Source: Zootoca vivipara
Lineage: Eukaryota
Assembly: GCF_963506605.1 (NCBI RefSeq)
Contig: NC_083276.1
Coordinates: 80,228,001-80,292,000 of the forward strand
Reading direction: 5' to 3'
DNA length: 64,000 nt
Each line of letters starts with the position of its first letter. Position 1 is the first letter of the stretch. Positions 48,563 to 60,027 of this stretch are shown here, piece by piece. The notes below the pieces were generated by a model that saw only the letters and a list, made by a program, of their open reading frames with translations, did not search any database and was not told where the DNA came from. The position numbers and the translations under genes are program-made.

Positions 48563-51500
48563 ACACACACACTATATATATCTACAGTTATGTCCCATTG
48601 TTACTGCATTCCAGCTTCTAGATAACGTTAGGCTGACAGGAATTATACATGTGTGTGCATAATGTGCATATTCATGTATTAGAATCCTTTCACGGTGCAT
48701 TTTTTTAAGCTAGTAAAAGATTGCAGTGTTAATCACAGAAGACTACAGTATAACTACCGGTACATTTTCAGAAGACCAGTGAAATATTGTTAGAGTTCCA
48801 ATATAATTGTTTGCTTCTGATAGTGACTCTTTAAGTGTTGTGAGGATGAAATAATACTGCATGATACCTAACTCCTCTGAAGAAAAATGTAGAGGCTGAT
48901 TTCTAGTGGAGTTCAGTATAAATCTTGACACAATCTGATTACCTTTCATGGAACAGCCTACAACATGATACTGCTCAAATAATCCAAACTAGGGAAAGAA
49001 ACCAAGAGGCCTTTCTGCCAAGTTGAGTGGCCTCTTATATAGGTTGGTGGTTATGCTATATGTGATAGTCTCCTTCACTGCATATATGCAACAAGGAAAT
49101 ACCCCTCATTGGAGCAGTGAGGAAAATGAGGTGGGTCTGCACACAGGGTAGATGGGGGGGGGGTTTAAAAATATGGTTTGATTGCCCAGTCCTCCACAAA
49201 GAATGGAGAAGCAAAACGTCTTGTGCAGTAATAGATGGCAGTGAAACATGCATTTTCCTCATCTCAGGGAAAATGATGGGATGCTTGGGGCTACATGAAA
49301 TAGCTAGTCCTACTATACTCTTTGCTCTTCCTTGCAACTAGCAAAAAGAGCATGTTTTTTGAGAAGCAGGTTTTACATTATTACTTAAATTCTAGAATTT
49401 ATTATTTGATATAGGTGTGCTACTATTCTGTTATGAAAAGAACTAATGTGGAGAATTGGCCCTGCTTTGCCTCTGCGTGTGCTCAGTGGTATCTTGTGTC
49501 TTCTAGGACTCTGAATTTAGTAATGCTGACCAGATGGATCTATATGACGACGTGCTAGCTGCCAGCTCACAACCTTCTGAAAGTTGCACTAGCAGTTCCG
49601 AGCCACCCCCCGAAAACCGGCAAGAGCAGTCTCCTAAGCCAAACAGCAAATCACCTGCTATCCTGTATACCTACAGTGGGCTGCGTAATAAGAGGGCTGC
49701 TGTTTATGTAGGCAGCTTCTCTTGGGTGAGTGTGTTCCATAATCGGAGCAGAAAGTAAAGGGCCTAACAAAAACAAAACATTTGTATGGAAAGGCTGCAT
49801 CTGCACTTTAATCTTACTACAGATGCACTGTTCTTTAATAGAGTACAGTGCCCCATGTGGGTGGGTGGGATTTCTGCTGCTTGCCAACCTCAGTCCTCAC
49901 AACACATTGGATAAATAACTAGCATTATTGTTCATTGTGACACATTGCTCTTTTTAGGGCATTTTTATCCTGCTTTTCTCATAAAGACTCAACAGTGGCT
50001 TCAGATAAATAAGTTGCAGCAACTGTGGATGAATTTTCTCCAGCAAGTATTTCGTACTATGCTAAAAAGCAGCACATCTCCGAGTTGGAGAATATGATGC
50101 TCTTGCATTAGCAGGGTAACTTTTAAGAGAAGAGGATTGGACACAACAAATCTAACACATTTAAGATACTTCAGAAAATATGATAATAGTAGAATTGAGG
50201 CCCTTAAAACACCATGATACAGACATTTTCACACAATTGTCTGTAGCTGGCATACAGGTATGAGAGTTTTCTCCTATGAATGAATCTCTTAGGACCTGAG
50301 TAAGTCATGTTGGGCCTGCTGTGTCATTGTATAGACTGATCACTGCCCTAAGTGCATGTAGTTCTCTTGAATACCTGAGTTAATCTGCCTGTGGTAGGTG
50401 TTGGGAAAGGGATTGCTGCTGCTGTTGCTCCTTCACTTTCTTGGATCTGTCTAGAACTTCTAGGAAGATACATGTTGACACATGTATGCACACACACATC
50501 CACAGCTCCAAAAGTGACTGTAGTGGGAGGGGTTGAATCAAATATTCCTTCATTAGACTAGCAGGAACAGTATAAGAGCTTGAGAAGGACGAGTTCTATT
50601 ACTAATATGATGTGTGTTCTCTAAAAGGTTTCAGGTTATAATATAATTTTCTGCCTCTTCATATATAGTGGACAACTGACCAGCAGCTGACCCGAATAAT
50701 CCGTTCTGTGGGTGTTTATGATGTGGTGGAACTCAAGTTTGCTGAGAACAGAGCCAATGGCCAGTCCAAAGGGTGAGCACTCCAAGACTGCTTCATAAAA
50801 GGACCCATCATGAGGGGCTGTTGTTGTGGGAGGAATGATCTAGGGACCAGTGTGGTTGATAATGGTGTGCACATAAGTCTGGTTTTCTTGCAATTTTTTA
50901 AGGTTGCTTTAGAAGTCTCTGTAACTGTCCAGTTTGGATGCCACTGCCTTCAAAGTAAATGGCTGCTTGTTATATGTGATTCAGGAAGGTGGGAGGCTCT
51001 GTCCCATTCTGCAGAGCAATCCCTGGACAATGTGCTATTTGCTGCTGCTCTTAATAATGGCTTTACCTTTGGAGGGCATGGAGCTGAAAATTCTGCACTG
51101 TTAATGACACTGTGCTTGTGGACAGCGGGGTTGGCCTGAGAAATCATTCAAATCAGGAATGGGAGAACCTTGAGCCTGTGGGCTACATCTGCCCCTCAGA
51201 GGATTCCCATCCAGCCTCCACAGCCTCTTGTCCTTGGCTCCTGGGCTGGCTGTGGAGGGCAGTGTTAGAAACTGGGATAGGAATACTAGGAGTGATGTGG
51301 GTGTCAAAACAAATTTGTAGGGGGCCATTTTTATTGCCCCCCCACCAGACCAGGCAGCCGCACAGTAAATAAAAATTAAAATTGCTGCCGGGTGAATCAG
51401 GGAGTCTGCAGTGTAGTGTGGCACCAAAAGTGGCACCTGGACATCTCCATCAAGTTGCAAAAAGCCAATTTCAAAATGTCACTGTCACCCGCTAATTTCA

Positions 51501-54500
51501 AACCCTGATGGAGCGAGCTCTTTATCTCCCAAGCTATCATGGAAGTGCAGCAGATTGGATGTGCAGGAACTTCATCTTGGATAAGTACTGCAGTGGGAGA
51601 TAAAGGGATGTAACCCCTTACCTCTTATTCCTGACATGGATTGGGCCCCCACACCTGCAATTTGCCAGGAGGGGGGGGCACTCACATAGGAACAAATGTG
51701 AGGTTTTCCCTCAATGCATCTGTGTGTATGCGAGAAAGATAAATGGAATGAATGGTGTGTGAGCTCATATGTGTGAGCAGATGAGGATGTGGAGGGTGGG
51801 GTGAGAGAGGGAGTGGTGTGGCCCTGTCTAATTTTTCCTCCCGTCCCACTCACCAATGCTATATAGCAGGGACATTTTGTAGGCCCTGGGTGGGGGAAGA
51901 TTTCTTGCCATGGATTAGATGGTTTTCCTTACTAGAAGTTCCTGACAGTCTTCAGTTGTTTTTCCTCTGTGACCAGGTATGCAGAAGTCGTGGTTGCCTC
52001 TGAAAACTCTGTCCACAAACTTCTGGAGCTGCTACCAGGGAAGTTTCTCAATGGAGATAAAGTGGAAGTGAAGTTGGCTACCCGGCAGAACCTTGCACAG
52101 TTTGAGGCTCAGGCTCGAAAAAGTAAGTTTAGATGGGGGTTGTGTTTGCTAAGTAGGGAACAAGGCAGAAATAAAGGGCATTGGTTAGGTCTTAGAGAAA
52201 CTTGAGCAGAGCTTTAAGCCAGCAACAATTTAAGTTACAGTTGGATGTGTGTGAATATCCAGGGAGTATCCATGTATATTTTCTTTTTCTGCTGCTGCTG
52301 AGTGACGCCTAAGTAGATTTTATTATCCCCTTCTATGTTGCATGATTTGAGGCACCCTTCAAACTGAATGGGCTTAAGCTCTTGAAGCTGTTATAGGTAG
52401 GACCACCCCCAGTTCCTCTCTGAACCTTCTCCAGAATTTGTGCAGCCCTGAAGAGGTAAGGTGCCCTGTATTTAGGGTTGCCAGACTCAATAGAGGACAG
52501 GACCTCTGTGCCTTTAATTGCCCTGCTCTCTTTTGAGTCTGGAAACCTTAAAGGGAAACCAGCAGACCCTTTGCTTGGAAATTAAACAAAGGTTCTGCTG
52601 GTTTCTCTTTAAGGTTTCCAGACTCAAAAGAGAGCAGAGCAATTAAAGGCACAGAAGTCCTGTCCACTATTGAGTCTGGCAACCCTACCTGTATTGGATG
52701 CAATGCTCCAGCTGGGGCCTTACCTCTTGGTCATATAATTCATTTATTATTATTTATAAAACAGATATCCCCTTTCTCCCAAAGGAGCCCAGGGTGACAA
52801 AGGAGGACCGTTTTGTATGATCCTGTCATAGTCTTAACTGACTATAAAGTTGCAGCGTTGTCAACTTTAGCACAGCTGCATTTTAATGGCCTCCATGTTC
52901 TGTGTCCCTTATCTCCATGGGGTGTCATGGTGCTGTGGTCCATTTCTCTGTGGTAGGAAGGTCAGTCAGTGTTGCTGAATCATAAGATGAAGCGGAGCTG
53001 CTTTTAGCCCTCATCAAGCTTTTCCCTGTGAAAAACTGCTTAAAGGGGCTTATCTTATCTTCACTAGGAGGTCGCGCTGGTGAATGGCAACGCCTGACAG
53101 TAACCATGGCACGTCACCATTTTTGACAAGGCCTTCGTAAATGACTTCCACCACTTTGTGATTCCTCGCCCAAAGGGCCTGAGAAATACAAATTTGCTGT
53201 TTTTAGTAATTTTATTTACACTCTGCCTCTCTCTAGCCCCCAAAGTGGCGAACTGTAATGCAGACAAGCCAGTACGATAAAGAAAAACACATGCACAAGT
53301 TAAACGTTTGACGTTCTCTTTATTGTACTCTCCTATTTATTACAAAGGAAAGCTAAAAGTGGCTTCCGTTCGGTGAACATGAAGTGAATTTTTAATGTAA
53401 TTCAGACACGTGCTGAGTTTGAAATATGAATGTTATTAGATTATCCCAGACTTGCTGTCACCAAGTCTCATGTGGTGATGGTATAACAGATTTCTGTGTC
53501 CCTAATTATTGTGTGTCATTGCAATTGTATGATCATGGTTTTTTTCTTTTGAAATGTTTCTCAGCTATATTTGCAATTAATTAATTTTGCCACATTGAGA
53601 CAAGATTGCAATATGTTTCAAAATCCATCTTCTCAACATTCTCTCCATGATTTTTTCCCTTAGTTCTTTTGATTATTGATTTCTTTCAATTATGTTTTAG
53701 ATTCTCTATATTGAATAAAGGTATTTTTTTTAAAAAAAATGTATCAAATCTCATTACATACTATAGTTGAGCTTATTGTACATTAAAATTCCAAATTAAG
53801 ATGACACAGCTTTTTTTAACCTGGAGTTATTGAAATAATATATTTTTGCTTTACGCAGACATTGTAAATCTTTGTAAATACTTCCTGTAATGCCCTTCCA
53901 TATTATTGCCATCTTGGTTTGTGTCAAATAAAGTTGACTCTAAGTACAGTACTTTGGTCAGCATGGCTTGATTATTTCTCTGGGGTCAATAACTCTTCAT
54001 TGGGAAGAATAAAGGTGTCATGTTTCCAGATTTAGGATGCTTTCTGACTTTGAGGCCAAGCAACTGGCCTGGTGGAGCAATGGTAGATAGTATTAATTGC
54101 CTTCCAGTACTTTATTGCCCCCTTGTTTTTTTTAATGTTGCGTTTATTAAGAATGTTGGTTTCTTAATTGTTGCCAGAAGTATTCATGGCAACTGAATCT
54201 AGTTTAATTCATTAGTCAGGATCTGCTGATGTATCTAAAACTGTATTGCTCTCAGAAGGACCATAGTTTTCTTCCATTCCACAGATAGTTGCTTATTTCA
54301 GTTGCTTATTTTATGTAGAAGCAGGTGCAGTTTGTGTTACAAACTAAGGTTCAAAGACTTCTCTGCCTCTGCATTTTGTATTACTTCTATGAGAATGGAA
54401 ATGTTGATTATTTTCTGGATGTAGTGGAAAACACTTAGTTTGCAATAGGTGTTCAGGAAGTAGTTCATTGACTTAAAAAGCAACTACCGTGTATATATAT

Positions 54501-57500
54501 AAGCCTGTTGATATTTGCCTTTATATAAAACACTGTATCCGCATATATTGCAAGGTAGTTGATATTGGCATATTAGGTTTTAATATTTCACTTTATTGAA
54601 GAATTCTACTAAAAGAACCAAATGTTCTGCTGAGTGCATTCACTAAGCAGTAGGTTCCTGAGGTCATTATTTCAGGGGACGGGAAGGAGTGGGAGTTAAG
54701 CATCTCTCCCAAAATTATGGGTCTTGAGGATTCTAATGTAATTTTGTAGTGTTAGAATGTTCAGGTTTCCACTCATTAGAATACTTATAATAGGAAAGGA
54801 GTAGGGACAACACTACAGTGGTACCTCAGGTTAAGTGCTTAATTGGTTCTGGAAGTCCGTACTCAACCTGAAGTGTACTTAACCCGAAGTATGACTGTAA
54901 TTGGTTCTGGAAGTCTGTACTTAACCTGAAGTGTACTTAACCTGAAGCTAACTTTCCCTTTGAAAATAATGGAAAGTGGATTAATCCGTTCCAGACGGGT
55001 CCGCAGAGTACTTAAATTGAAAATACTCAACCTGAAGCGTACTTAACCCAAGGTATGACTGTATAGCCAATTAGTGATTTTACTGAAGAAGGCCGTTCTT
55101 GCATAATCTAGTGCTTGTATAGTGTTAGCTAGAATTTCAGACACATTTTACATAATTAGTTAAGAGAATTAGATCAGTGAGAAGGCAATTAATGTACAGT
55201 TTTGTGACTGCTGCCTGTAGTTTTCAGAGTGTAGAACAATTGCTTTGTCTGCAGAAGGTTCCATAATTAATCCCTGGCATTGCCAGGTAGGATTGGCGTC
55301 TTCTCTGCAGTCCCAGAGAGCTACTGCCAGTCAGTGTAGTCCATACTGAACTAGATGTGTCAATCACAGAATCAGAATTGTAAATGTTCTGACTTGGTGT
55401 AAGTCAACTTCCAAGTTCCTAGTCATCAAATGATAACCCATTTGAAGTGTTACATTTGCACAGTGGACTTCCATTAACACAGGGAACTCTACTCATGCAG
55501 CATTGGATACAACACCGTCTATTTTAGTTGTCACTGTACCGAAGAGTGGGTTAGTCAAATATTCCCCTTATATTCAGCATGGTTTGATTATTTTTTATGC
55601 TGTCTGTCACATTTTCATTCTTTTCTCCTGAAGCTTCCTGATTTTGCTTTTTCTTAAATGAGAAAGTTCAATACATTTGTCTCTGATAGTATGTGATTTT
55701 CTAATCATCAGTTACATTAAAAATGAGTATGTTAATATATCTTTATACATAATATAGCATACTGACTATAACTGTGATGTAAACAACAAAGTCACCAGTT
55801 CAGATTTCACCTTGGCTATAAGCTCAATCACTTAGGTAAGCCACACCTTCTCAGCCTAAACACCTATCTACAATTTTTGCAATAAAGACCTGTCAAGTAG
55901 GATTATTAGCAAGTTGACTGTGCTAATACATAAAGCATTTTGAACACACTATAAGCGCTACATGAATCATAAGTATTACTTAATGCTCAGGCAAAATTGA
56001 TTTCACTGAAAGTGAACAATGTAAAATACACTCAAGACATAAGTAAAATGTTCTCAGTTCAGTTTGGACACACTTCTACTGTAAATTGTAATTAAAATTA
56101 AGCATTTATTTGGCATGTTATGCTGCCTGTCCATCTGACTCATAATCAATTCATGATACAACTGTCCCTGTCAACTCTGCACACAACACTTAAGAAAGCT
56201 CTTACAGGTCTCTTGGCCAAGATTGGGAATGCCCAGTTCCAGTGCAGGAAGGTATCTCTCTAGATCAGGCATCCCCAAACTCGGCCCTCCAGATGTTTTA
56301 GGACTACAACTCCCATTATCCCTAGCTAACAGGACCAGTGAGCAGGGATGATGGGAATTGTCCCCAAACATCTGGAGGGCCAAATTTGGGGGTGCCTGCT
56401 CTAGATACCTCAACATTTGTCCAAATCGGCCCAAAAATCTGTGTGCACATACCAGTGAAACCCACCTTTTCTCTCATGTATGAGATAAGAGTTCTGTTAT
56501 TTGGGCAAGGTGTTATTGCAATTCAGAGGCATGATTGTTGACATGGGTGTACTTACTGGAGAGCGGGGAGAGGGTTATTTTGTCAGAAAACTGACCTACC
56601 CAACTGCTACAGTGTTGAGCACTTTTCCTCTTCTGTGATGTCTGACAGGGGTGCCTCCGAGGGCTCACTCAAGGGATTCCTCCGACTCGGTAGATGGCCG
56701 AGCCACTCCGACAGAGAATGCTGTGCCGCCGCCACGCATTGAGAAGCCTCCTGTGTTGCCTTTCTTCAACCGCCCTCCTTCTGCGCTTCCTCTCATGGGG
56801 ATGCCACCTCCACCCATACCACCCCCTCCTCTCTCCTCAAGCTTTGGGGTTCCCCCTCCCCCTCCAGGAATCCACTACCAACACCTAATGCCCCCTCCCC
56901 CTCGACTTCCTCCACACCTCACTGTGCCACCTCCTGGGGCCGTGCCACCTGCGCTGCACCTCAACCCAGCCTTCTTTCCCCCACCCAATGCAGCAATGGG
57001 CCCCCCACCAGACACCTATAACAAGACCTCTGCAGCATACAACCACAGCAGGTGAGAGCAAGCCCATTCCCGGGAATCTGCCGGTGGGGGGGGGAATCAA
57101 AACTAAGCAGTACAAAGAACAGTAGCTAAGCCTTTTGTTTAGCAAGGCTGCAGCCCTAATTCTCCAAGGGCTTGGTTATTTTGTTTTTTATGCAAATGGT
57201 TTGACTAGACATGAAAGCAACACCTACTCCTTGGTGGTAGAAAATGTCTCGCATAGCACTAGGGCACGGCAGCTGACGACTTGGTTCTTAAAGGATGCTA
57301 CTTAATGCCCATTTTGGGGAGTGGGGCAGTACCTGGTCAGCCACACATTGCTCTTTCGGAAGGCCTTGAATTGCCATGTCTATGAATAAAGAACTGTGTC
57401 ATAGTTCTGCTTGAAGCTGTTTATCCTCTGTGTGTGATGGGTGTGTGTTTGTGTACTACAGCCGGGAACTGGTCCCATTGCCACCTCCTGTCAGTGATGC

Positions 57501-58196
57501 TGAATTTGAAGATATCATGAACAGGAATCGAGCAATTTCCAGCAGTGCCATTTCCAAAGCTGTGTCTGGTGCCAGTGCAGGTAACCAGAGCTGGCTTTTG
57601 CTACCTCTTTCCATTTCTCGCTCCTGGCCTCATTCTTACCATGCTGCCTTTGCTCTGTTATATTGCAGGGGACTACAGCGATGCCATTGAGACCCTGCTC
57701 ACAGCCATCGCTGTGATTAAACAGTCACGTGTCGCAAATGATGAGCGGTGTAGAGTCCTTATCTCTTCACTCAAGGATTGTCTTCATGGCATTGAAGCCA
57801 AGTCTTACAGCATGGGCAGCAGCAGCAGCTCCTCCAGGTGAGCTTCAGGCACAGTTATTGCCGAGTAATCCAGCTACTGTCACTCATGTTGCTGATGAGC
57901 GAGTCTCAGTTGTGCTCTGGTCCCCTTCCTGGGCTTTGTACAGCCAGGTAGGAATAAGTGCTTCTTGTAGGGGAAAGGGTCTCCTTTTTACAGCTTGCCA
58001 GTAACCAGATACCTCATTGTTTTCCAGAAAACGACACCGGTCTCGGGATAGATCACCCAGTCGATCTCGTGAGAGCAGCAGGAGGCACCGAGATGTGGTC
58101 CATAATGAAGATCGGCATGAGGACTATTTCCAGGAAAGAAGCCGGGAGCATGAGCGACATAGAGACAGGGACAGAGAAAGAGACCGACATCATTGA
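40412..58196 (+). CDS. CPSF7: Cleavage and polyadenylation specificity factor 7 (CFIm59); 8 coding exons, 460 aa
   Basis: Exons: 40412-40465 ([18 protein letters not shown]), 49507-49725, 50669-50772, 51977-52122 (RRM), 56649-57051 (Pro-rich), 57462-57580, 57669-57837, 58028-58196 (RS/RD/RE tail). GT-AG and phase-consistent. Non-coding exon 1 ends at 40000; exon 2 starts at 40355. Confidence 0.97.
43228..43493. mobile_element. PIF/Harbinger-type MITE
   Basis: TIR GGCCACATTCACACCATAC/GTGTGGTTTGAATGTGACC; 3-bp TSD TTA. Confidence 0.7.
44310..44450 (-). mobile_element. L2-like 3' end fragment
   Basis: reverse complement of the tail at 30915-31030. Confidence 0.7.
48256..48507. mobile_element. 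Tc1/mariner (Tigger-like) MITE
   Basis: TIR CAGTGGTACCTCGCAAGACGAAT/ATTCGTCTTGCAAGGCACCACTG; TA on the left; followed by (TC)n at 48515-48558. Confidence 0.8.
49507..49725 (+). CDS. CPSF7: CPSF7 coding exon 2
   Basis: [17 protein letters not shown]...AVYVGSFSW. Confidence 0.95.
50669..50772 (+). CDS. CPSF7: CPSF7 coding exon 3
   Basis: WTTDQQL...[13 protein letters not shown]. Confidence 0.95.
51977..52122 (+). CDS. CPSF7: CPSF7 coding exon 4
   Basis: [22 protein letters not shown]...FEAQARK. Confidence 0.95.
52473..52687. mobile_element. Palindromic hAT MITE
   Basis: TIR TAGGGTTGCCAGACTCAATAG; TSD CCTGTATT; near-perfect hairpin. Confidence 0.88.
52957..53955 (+). other. CPSF7: Putative alternative terminal (truncating) exon of CPSF7 with intronic poly(A) sites
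   Basis: acceptors before 52957 and 53068, each followed by an in-frame stop; AATAAA at 53714, 53927 and 54008; three TGTA at 53863, 53873 and 53886. Confidence 0.55.
54816..55061. mobile_element. Tc1/mariner (Tigger-like) MITE
   Basis: TA-CAGTGGTACCT...AGGTATGACTG-TA with an internal duplication. Confidence 0.75.
56266..56398. mobile_element. hAT MITE (CAGGCATCCCC family)
   Basis: TIR CAGGCATCCCCAAA/TTTGGGGGTGCCTG; TSD CTCTAGAT. Confidence 0.88.
56649..57051 (+). CDS. CPSF7: CPSF7 coding exon 5 (proline-rich)
   Basis: [13 protein letters not shown]...[11 protein letters not shown]. Confidence 0.95.
57462..57580 (+). CDS. CPSF7: CPSF7 coding exon 6
   Basis: [26 protein letters not shown]. 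Confidence 0.95.
57669..57837 (+). CDS. CPSF7: CPSF7 coding exon 7
   Basis: [42 protein letters not shown]. Confidence 0.95.
58028..58196 (+). CDS. CPSF7: CPSF7 last coding exon
   Basis: [17 protein letters not shown]...RDRERDRHH*; donor at 58202. Confidence 0.95.
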
Positions 58197-58760
58197 GAGA
58201 AGTGAGAGATATTTCCAGAGTGCTTTACCTTTCCCATCCTCTCCACCCCCACCCAGTGTATTTTCCTTTCCGAAAAGAGCGCCCTTCTCTTCAAGTTGAG
58301 TATCATCCCTCTTGTAGATGCGGGTTAGGTAAGGTTGATTTCCCTTATGCTCTGGAAGACTTTCCATGGCATAATCTCACACTTCAGTGAGTGGAATGGT
58401 CATGCATATATCTTAAGCTACCAGGGCAAATACATATTGTATTGTGTTCTCCATGCAGTATGTTTTGCTAGATGAGATTTTTCAAAAATAAAGGAATAGT
58501 CTGCTCCCTGATTGACTTGCACTTTGAGTACATGCTTGAGCTGTTTATTTTCTAACTTAGTAGATTTATAGTATATTCAGCTTGGCTCTGAATAACTATG
58601 TGTCTCAGGCCAACTATGCAACTTTGTCAGGGTACTTTTCCTTATTCCTTCTACAGTACTGTGACCAGTGGATTATTTCTGTAGGTTAGAACCAGATGCC
58701 CTGTTAAATGTGTCAAGGGCCCAGTCCATATATCGAAATAAGTCATGGTTACTATGAACT

Positions 58761-58988
58761 TTTGCCACCTCATGAGAAGAGAAGACTCCCTGGAAAAGAC
58801 CCTGGTGTTGGGAAAGATTGAGGGCACAAGGAGAAGGGGACGACAGAGGATGAGATGGTTGGACAGTGTTCTCGAAGCTACGAACATGAGTCTGGCCAAA
58901 CTGCGGGAGGCAGTGGAAGACAGGAGTGCCTGGCGTGCTCTGGTCCATGGGGTCACGAAGAGTCGGACACGACTAAACAACAACAACA
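58761..58988 (+). mobile_element. BovB/RTE 3' fragment in the CPSF7 3'UTR intron
   Basis: [20 protein letters not shown]; (CAA)n tail; TSD ACT(A/G)TGAACT. Confidence 0.88.
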
Positions 58989-60027
58989 ACTGTGAACTAG
59001 TAGCATGCTAATGCAAACTGCTCAGTAGCTGCCAGTTTGCTGCTGCCCTACCACGAAGGACAGCAAAAATCTGAACAAGACACAATCCACAAGTCAAAGT
59101 TTGTTCTTGATTTACTGACCATTGTTTAAGGGAAATAAGCTTTGATTCCAATGTGCATGTTAATGACAAGCCAATCTCCATGGTTTATTGCTCCCATCCA
59201 TGCAATGGGAGGAGAAGCAAAGTGGGAGTGCTTGGGCAGTTTTATTTTTAAGTTTGTGCAGAAAGCTACTTTTGCCCTTCCCGACTGTATTGATTGTGTC
59301 TGAGGCTGTACCTCTGCAAACATTAAATTCAGATTCAGACATCATTAGTGTGTTTAATTTATGGAATCCCTGCTGAGCCCAGCTGTGACTCACAGACGTA
59401 ACTATCTCTTTGAAGAGTTTTTACCGGCTCTGTGTTCATGTTTGCGGGTCTTGTTTGCCTCTTTGTAAAGCAAACCAATAAACCCAGCAAGAAATCCAAC
59501 TGACTCATGTTCCTTTGAATTCTTAGACCTACCTTGTAAGGGAGAGGCATAATGGAGAGAAATTGTAAATAAATAAATATCACATCTTTTATTTCAAGAG
59601 GGGCATCACAGACTAGTATTGGTAGAATAATTTCTCTAACTTGAAGATTAGTCAATTTTTTTCAGTGGCAATCTGCCTTGGGTGCCCTGGAATAAAAAGT
59701 GGAGTAGAAACTGCAAAAATAAGTAAAACATAGCCGCCTTGCTATCTCACCACCCTCTTTACTTCATGAATGCAACTAGCACCTAAGGTGGTGATGAGAG
59801 TCTGACTTGAGAGTAAGTTTGATTCAGTGGGTAAAGTGCTGAGTCTAGTCCAGTTCAGCCATGAGCTAGACAAGCCTGTAGCCTTGGTTCCCTATTGCAT
59901 GTGGAAATAACTGTGATTTCCCCATGGAGTTAACAGTCCAGGGTTAATGGGCAAAATTCTCAACAAACCTCTTTGAAAGTGCTATGGAATTTACAAGTGC
60001 TTACAATTTTGTTTTGTCTCTTTCTAG

